From positions 32,001 to 96,000 of the forward strand of contig CAVXVB010000008.1 of the NCBI GenBank assembly GCA_963765205.1: DNA of 64,000 nt. The letters run 5' to 3'. The position numbers and the translations under genes were made by a program. This stretch comes from an uncultured Verrucomicrobiae bacterium (GTDB taxonomy: Bacteria > Verrucomicrobiota > Verrucomicrobiia > Opitutales > JABDGR01). Shown one piece after another: positions 58,401 through 64,000 of this stretch (position 1 is its first letter; each line of letters starts with the position of its first letter). The notes beneath the pieces were generated by a model. The model saw only the letters and a list, made by a program, of their open reading frames with translations. It did no database searches and was not told where the DNA came from.

Positions 58401-59765
58401 ATGAAATTCATCTCCACCCGCGGGCAGTGCGCGCCGGTCGGCTTCAACGCCGCGGTGGCGGGCGGCCTCGCGCCCGACGGGGGCTTGTATCTGCCGGAAA
58501 AGCTGCCGGACATCCGCCCGCTCCTGCCGCGCTGGTCGAACCTCGCCTATGCGGATTTGGCCTATGAATTTTTACACCTCTTCGCCACCGATGTTTCCTC
58601 CGCCGAATTGCGCAACCTCGTGGACCGCTCCTATGTGCGCTTCGCCCATCCCGACGTCGCGCCGCTGGTGGAATTGCGCGACGGCTTGTGGGTGCTCGAA
58701 CTGTTCCACGGCCCGACGCTCGCCTTCAAGGACTTTGCGATGCAACTGCTTGGCGGCCTGTATGCGAACCAGATTCTGCACACCGGCGAATTCATCAACG
58801 TGCTCGGCGCCACCTCCGGCGACACCGGCGCGGCGGCCATCCACAGCCTGGTCGGCCTCGAAGGCGTGCGGATTTTCATCCTCTACCCACGCGGGCGCGT
58901 CGCGCCGCTGCAGGAGCGCCAGATGGCCTGCACCGGTGCCAGCAACGTCTTCCCCATCGCCATCGCGGGGAACTTCGACGACGCGCAGCGCATCGTGAAG
59001 GAACTGTTTTCCGACCAAGCCTTTCATGCGAAGATGCGGCTCTCGGCGGTGAATTCCATCAATCTCGCGCGCACGCTCGGGCAGTGCATTTATTACATCC
59101 ACGCGTGGCGGCGCCTGCCCCCGGCGGCGCGCGAGGCGAACAACCTCGAGGTCATCGTGCCCACCGGCAATTTCGGCAACATCTTCGCCGGCTGGCTGAC
59201 GCGCGAGATGGGCCTGCCCATCGGGCGCCTCTGCGTCGCCACCAACCAAAACGACATCCTTTACCGCTTTTTCACCACCGGGCGCTACGAAAGCGGCCCC
59301 GTGCTCCCGAGCCTCGCGCCTTCAATGGACATCCAGGCCGCGTCGAATTTCGAGCGCTTCCTTTACTATCTCGAAAAGCACGACTCCGCCGCCGTGCGCG
59401 GCGTGATGGAAAATCTGCGCGGCAGCGGCAAGTGGGCCGCCCCGAATTTCGATCCCGGCGTCTTCCGCGCCACCCACGCCAACGACGAGGAAATCCGCGA
59501 AATCATTGACGACCTCTACGCCTGCTTCCGCTATGTGGCCGACCCGCACACCGCCTGCGGCTTCGCCGACGTGGACCCCGACCGCCCCACCGTCGTCCTC
59601 GGCACCGCGCACCCCGCGAAATTCCCCGAGACCATCCGCGACACCCTCGGCTTCGAGCCGACCGCCCCTGCGCTCGAAATGTTAAAAGACCGCACCGTCA
59701 TCCGCCACGAATTGCCCGCGGAGACGGACGCCGTGCGCGCCTTCCTCGAAGAGCATGGCATATGA
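58401..59765 (+). CDS. thrC: Threonine synthase
   Basis: MKFISTRG, GLAPDGGLY, FHGPTLAFKD, ATSGDTG, NSIN, PTGNFGN, TAHPAKF. Confidence 0.96.
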   Translation: MKFISTRGQCAPVGFNAAVAGGLAPDGGLYLPEKLPDIRPLLPRWSNLAYADLAYEFLHLFATDVSSAELRNLVDRSYVRFAHPDVAPLVELRDGLWVLELFHGPTLAFKDFAMQLLGGLYANQILHTGEFINVLGATSGDTGAAAIHSLVGLEGVRIFILYPRGRVAPLQERQMACTGASNVFPIAIAGNFDDAQRIVKELFSDQAFHAKMRLSAVNSINLARTLGQCIYYIHAWRRLPPAAREANNLEVIVPTGNFGNIFAGWLTREMGLPIGRLCVATNQNDILYRFFTTGRYESGPVLPSLAPSMDIQAASNFERFLYYLEKHDSAAVRGVMENLRGSGKWAAPNFDPGVFRATHANDEEIREIIDDLYACFRYVADPHTACGFADVDPDRPTVVLGTAHPAKFPETIRDTLGFEPTAPALEMLKDRTVIRHELPAETDAVRAFLEEHGI

Positions 59766-60139
59766 AACCCTTCACCCGCAGCCTCGGCGCAATTTTGGCG
59801 GCCGCGCTGTTCTTGACGGCCGGCTGCTTCACCTCGCCCTCAACGCCGCCGCTGCCGGAAGATTACACCGACGCCTATTATCAAGTCCGCCAGTGGGTGC
59901 CCACCGGCACTTCGCTCCACGACGCGCAGAAAACCATGGAAGCCCACGGCTTCACCTGCTCCGTGACGCGCGACGCCCAATGGCAGAACCAAAGCCATGT
60001 GGATTACCTCTATTGCGACCAAATCTGGACCGCCCCCAACGCCGGGCTGGTGATGAGGCGCCACTGGCAAGTCGCCCTGTTCCTGGTGAATGACAAAGTA
60101 TCCGGCCAGTATCTCGCCACCGGCCTGGTCGGTCACTGA
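59762..60139 (+). CDS. Small lipoprotein
   Basis: Lipobox LTAGC; ATGA overlap with thrC. Confidence 0.7.
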   Translation: MKPFTRSLGAILAAALFLTAGCFTSPSTPPLPEDYTDAYYQVRQWVPTGTSLHDAQKTMEAHGFTCSVTRDAQWQNQSHVDYLYCDQIWTAPNAGLVMRRHWQVALFLVNDKVSGQYLATGLVGH

Positions 60140-60187
60140 GGCAATACTTGTCCATCCAGTCCATAACCAGTTGCGAAGCGGCAGCAT

Positions 60188-61307
60188 TCATCCCTGCCCG
60201 CTGAGCACCACGATCTCGACCAACACAATCAGCAGCAGATTATAAAACGCATGCTGCGCCGCGGCGGCATTGACGCCCGCTTCTTCGGCGAGGTCGTTAG
60301 GGGTGGGGCCATCCGCAACTTCGAGCAGACCGGTCGCCAAAACGTTCGCCGCCTCCGCGGCGATTGGCCCGGCTTCCCGCGCCGCGGGGGGGTTCTGCAT
60401 CACCCAAAACAGGCACGCCTTGGCTGCGCAAAAGCAACCCGGTGGCCGACATCGGTTCAGCCTCCGCGCGCGCGAGCGGCACGTTGCGCGCATAGAGGTT
60501 GACCCACCGTTCATCCGCCTTGGCCTGCGCCTCCAACGCGCTTTGACGCGCGCGCAAGACGCTGAGCAGTGCAGCCCGCCGCGGTTCGCGCGGGCCTTGC
60601 GCCGCCGCCCGTTCGTAACCGCGCTGGTAAACATAATCGAGCCAGAGGCCCGGCACCGTCAGCGCGAACCCGGCGTAGATTGGAATGCCGATGATGCAGT
60701 GAACCAGCCCAAACCAAAGCGCGCGCCTCACGCGCCGTTTCACCGTCAACTTTTGGTTGCCCTTCCGGAAGGAAACTTCCTCGGCGCGCGCCTCCCGAAT
60801 CGCCGCGACGGCAAAGAGCAGCGGAAAAGTGACGGCCAGCACGCCGCTGATCGCCAGCCCCGCCGCGCTCGAACCCAAGTCCACCTCACCAAACGCCGGG
60901 TTGCCTTCGCCGCCGAGCAAGTGCCACCAGCCCCAACCCGTCCACGGCGCGAAATGATGCAACACCTCGCACACCACGATGACTCCGGGGAGCGTCGCCA
61001 GCGTGCCCGGCAGGTAACGCCACCGCCACGCCCGGATGACATTCCACACCTGCCCCCGGTCCTTCTCGACAAACAAAGTCCGGTAGCCCGAGACGCTCAA
61101 AGCGCAACCGACCAGGGCCAGGATAACAATCGGCAGCGGATTCACCGACGGGGCCAAACCCCATGGTTTTGCGGGTATCGCGCTCACCGGCGAATTCACC
61201 CACGCCACAATGCACTCAAAAACAAAGCCCAGCAGGGCGAGAAAAATGAGCAAGGGCCTTAGCCGTTGATGTCTCTGCTGCTTGGTCAACTGGCGTCTCG
61301 GGCGCAT
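60188..61307 (-). pseudogene. CPBP (Abi/CAAX-like) intramembrane glutamic protease, +1 frameshift in the G7 run at 60386-60392
   Basis: EEVSFR and FGLVH in frame 1; HAFYN motif and final TM helix in frame 2. Confidence 0.7.
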
Positions 61308-61379
61308 GGGATACGCAGGATTTAAGATGCCTCTGTCGCAGGCAAGAATAAACCGGGGTGGGCGTCGTGTTTATACAGG

Positions 61380-61451
61380 CGGGCGCAGCAAGACTGCGCC
61401 CCTACAAAACCACGCTGTTTTTGCTGTAGGGGCGCAGACTTGCTGCGCCCG
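61380..61451. repeat. GTAG-type REP doublet
   Basis: CGGGCGCAGCAAGACTGCGCCCCTAC ... GTAGGGGCGCAGACTTGCTGCGCCCG. Confidence 0.85.
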
Positions 61452-61627
61452 TTTTGCCGCCGATGAAAACCCACACTGCCTGGGTGCACACGCGTCTAAA
61501 TGCTCCCTTAATTCCCCCTCCTTTTCACGCAATCGCCGCACAAATGGCGCATGCCGCCCGTATTGTATCGCCCGGCCCCACTCCCGGGGCTGCCACTGAT
61601 TAACCCACCCAACCCCCCCCGTTATCC

Positions 61628-61874
61628 ATGTCGCACGAACACAAAATTGAGCATCACCGCAAAGCTGCCAGCCATCACGAACACGCCGCCCGGCACCACC
61701 ATGCCGCCGCCGAGGCCCACGAAGCCGGCCACCACGAAAAAGCCGGTCATCACGCCCACGTCGCGCACGCCCACCACGCCCACGCCGAGCACCACCACCA
61801 CGAAGCCGCCAAACTCCACGCCCAGCACCACGACGACGCGGCCCGTCGAATTCCACGCGGAACAGCACGCGTAA
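61628..61874 (+). CDS. His/Ala-rich helical mini-protein (probable +1 indel at 61842-61844)
   Basis: MSHEHKIEHHRKAASHHEHAARHH...; removing one C gives ...HHDDAAVEFHAEQHA-stop, just before a terminator. Confidence 0.75.
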
Positions 61875-61901
61875 AAATCGCGTTGTCTTCGCCCGCCAGC
61901 C

Positions 61902-61931
61902 AAAACCCGCCTCCCCCGAGGCGGGTTTTTT
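61902..61931 (+). terminator. Rho-independent terminator
   Basis: AAAACCCGCCTC-CCCC-GAGGCGGGTTTTTT. Confidence 0.85.
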
Positions 61932-62167
61932 GTTGGCCGACAAAGACCGTCATGTCAAGTTGCCATAGTGCCTGCGCAAGCCCCGCGGCATAGGGATCTC
62001 TTGCGGATTGAAAAGCACGCCAAGACGCCCCCAAACATAATCGTGGGACATTTTGACCCTTCATAAGCCATCGTGCGATTATAAATCTGGGTCATTTTCG
62101 CTCGCGCAAGCCCCCATTAATCCAGGCAGGATGTTGTAAATGAAAAGGTTATGAAAACGGCAAAAAA

Positions 62168-62182
62168 TGGCATGTTTTTTGA
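62168..62182 (+). promoter_or_regulatory. Possible sigma54 -24/-12 promoter
   Basis: TGGCATG-N4-TTGA; the -12 box has GA instead of GC. Confidence 0.35.
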
Positions 62183-62291
62183 TGGGGAAAAAATTGCAGC
62201 CTTCAAGAATGGGGGTTTGCAGGCCGGCCCGGTCAAAGGCGGGACCAGGTTGGTCGCAGAAAACACCACTTCCGCCCGGGAAACTTGCATT

Positions 62292-62747
62292 ATGAATGTA
62301 TTAACTCGCTGGGATCCGTTTCGGGAACTCGAGGACGTGCAACAGCGTCTCTCCGGCCTCTTGGGTCGCCGCCAGCAGCGCGGCGATACTGACGGCAACG
62401 AATCAATCACCGTGGCCCAATGGGCGCCCCTGGTTGATATCACCGAAGATGACAAAGAATACCTCATCAAGGTCGAAGTGCCTGAAATCAAACGCAACGA
62501 GATCAAGGTTACGGTCGAAAATGGCGTCCTTGTCATCGCTGGTGAGCGCAAATTCGAGAAGGAGGAAAAAGGCCGGAAATATCACCGCATCGAGCGCTCC
62601 TATGGCAGCTTTGGGCGCAGTTTTGACCTGCCCGATGACGCGGACGCCAACAAGGTGAACGCGGAATTCAAGGACGGCTTGCTGTCGGTGCATATCGCCA
62701 AGAGCGAGGCGGCCCGCCCGAAACAAATCGAAGTCAAAGTCAATTGA
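62292..62747 (+). CDS. Hsp20/alpha-crystallin small heat-shock protein
   Basis: WDPFREL, WAPLVDI, GERK, IERSYGSF.RSF.LP, AEFKDGLL, IEVKV. Confidence 0.95.
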   Translation: MNVLTRWDPFRELEDVQQRLSGLLGRRQQRGDTDGNESITVAQWAPLVDITEDDKEYLIKVEVPEIKRNEIKVTVENGVLVIAGERKFEKEEKGRKYHRIERSYGSFGRSFDLPDDADANKVNAEFKDGLLSVHIAKSEAARPKQIEVKVN

Positions 62748-62854
62748 GGCGGCCGCCGGGCCGCGGGGCGCGCAGACGCCCCCGGTCCCAGGATCCTACC
62801 GCCCTAATCCAAGTTCCATCCATAACACCAACCATACCCAGAGGAGGAATCACC

Positions 62855-63823
62855 ATGAAAACAAGCGCACTCATTCTTCGGGAAGGCCGCCAGTTGGCCA
62901 TCGCCGTCGGCGTTTTCATGCTCGCGACGGCCACCCTGGCCCGGGCTGCTGACGGCGGCCCGACCAGTTCCGACCCCTTCATCCAAAAAATGAAGCAATG
63001 GCAGGACGATATGTCGCAATTATTCCACAACACCTGGCTGGGCCTCGGTCAGGATAAAAACGCCGCCAACCCCGGCCAATCCACCGTGGCCACCGCCTCC
63101 GTGGATTTGCGGGAGCAGCAGGATGGCTACACCGTGCGGCTGAATCTGCCCAGTCGCGATCTGACCAAGGTGGAAATCAACCTCACCGGCAACACCCTGC
63201 ATATTGTCGCTCCCGCCGACGGCAAGGTGGGGCGCTACGAGCAAAACATCCAGCTTGACGGGGTCGCCCCCAAGTCGGCGCCCCAAATCGAACGCAAGCA
63301 GAACGACAATCTGATCGTCATCAACGTCCCCAAGGCGCCGGATGTTGCCGACACCAAACCCGCCGCCCTGCCCGCTGCCCCGCTGGCTGGCTGGGATGCG
63401 TGGGACCGCGACGTGCTTGAGCAGATGGACCGCATGCAGCGGGATATGGACAGCATCTTCAATCAAGCCTTCGCGGAATATCACAACCAGCCGGGCTTTG
63501 GCGGGGTCTTTAACCAAGCCCGCTTCGATTCCTCCTTCGAGGTGCAGGAGGAGGGCAATAAATACGTGGTCCGGGCCTATCTGCCCGCCCGCGATATGAA
63601 CAACGTCAACGTGTCCATCGAAGGACAAATCCTGAAGATCGAAGCCAAGAGCGAAGACACCCCCTCGGGGGCAAATTCCGCGCAGAATGAAAAGGACGGC
63701 GCCATTGTTTCGCGCAAAGCCCTCTATTCACAACTGCTCACGCTGCCAGGCCCTGTGCAGGCCGACAAGATGACGGTTGACCGCAAGGAAAACATGCTCG
63801 TGGTCACGCTGCCCAAAGCGTAA
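62855..63823 (+). CDS. Signal-peptide protein with two alpha-crystallin domains
   Basis: RBS GAGGAGG; signal peptide ending LARA; domain 1 SVDLRE..YTVRLNLP...LIVINVPKA; domain 2 FEVQE..YVVRAYLP...MLVVTLPKA. Confidence 0.8.
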   Translation: MKTSALILREGRQLAIAVGVFMLATATLARAADGGPTSSDPFIQKMKQWQDDMSQLFHNTWLGLGQDKNAANPGQSTVATASVDLREQQDGYTVRLNLPSRDLTKVEINLTGNTLHIVAPADGKVGRYEQNIQLDGVAPKSAPQIERKQNDNLIVINVPKAPDVADTKPAALPAAPLAGWDAWDRDVLEQMDRMQRDMDSIFNQAFAEYHNQPGFGGVFNQARFDSSFEVQEEGNKYVVRAYLPARDMNNVNVSIEGQILKIEAKSEDTPSGANSAQNEKDGAIVSRKALYSQLLTLPGPVQADKMTVDRKENMLVVTLPKA

Positions 63824-64000
63824 TCCCACGGCCCACTGCCCCCTGGGCGCCACCGGCTTGCCGGAGAAAATCCGGCAAGCCTTGGCGTTCATTAAATACC
63901 TTCGCCGACTTGCTCATTCAAGACGCGGTCCCTGCGTTTTTTCGCGCGGTTTGCCGCACAAGAGCAGACGGCCATCGGGATTTTAGTGACCCAACCTCCG

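Overview
High-GC bacterial chromosome segment, most likely from a Verrucomicrobiota (Opitutales-like) organism. This assignment is inferred from the PV-type microcompartment locus, the exosortase, smc and the W..DP..A repeat protein. Main content: (1) a sugar-catabolic block at 1.3-10.9 kb (GH27, an AKR / Zn-dehydrogenase / lactonase trio, two GH29 fucosidases, RbsD/FucU); (2) housekeeping genes (gpsA, panB, purS, xerD, argA, mpl, nuoA, smc, lysC, thrC); (3) a run encoding a PTS-EIIA-fused diadenylate cyclase, a SET protein and a GT28 glycolipid synthase; (4) a Planctomycetes/Verrucomicrobia-type bacterial microcompartment (BMC) locus for fucose/rhamnose at 40-52 kb, which lacks the usual LDH-like dehydrogenase and is bracketed by a split lutA / lutB-lutC; (5) many small AT-richer insertions (toxin-antitoxin pairs, an EEP nuclease, an HhH-GPD-like gene, an orphan immunity-like gene held exactly between inverted repeats); (6) at least four families of REP/REPIN-like palindromes plus short-period intergenic repeats; (7) a His-rich mini-protein, an Hsp20 and a signal-peptide-bearing double-Hsp20. 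At least five genes are broken by single-base indels, which may be assembly errors. No rRNA, tRNA or CRISPR array was seen. All calls come from reading motifs by eye; no database searches were run.
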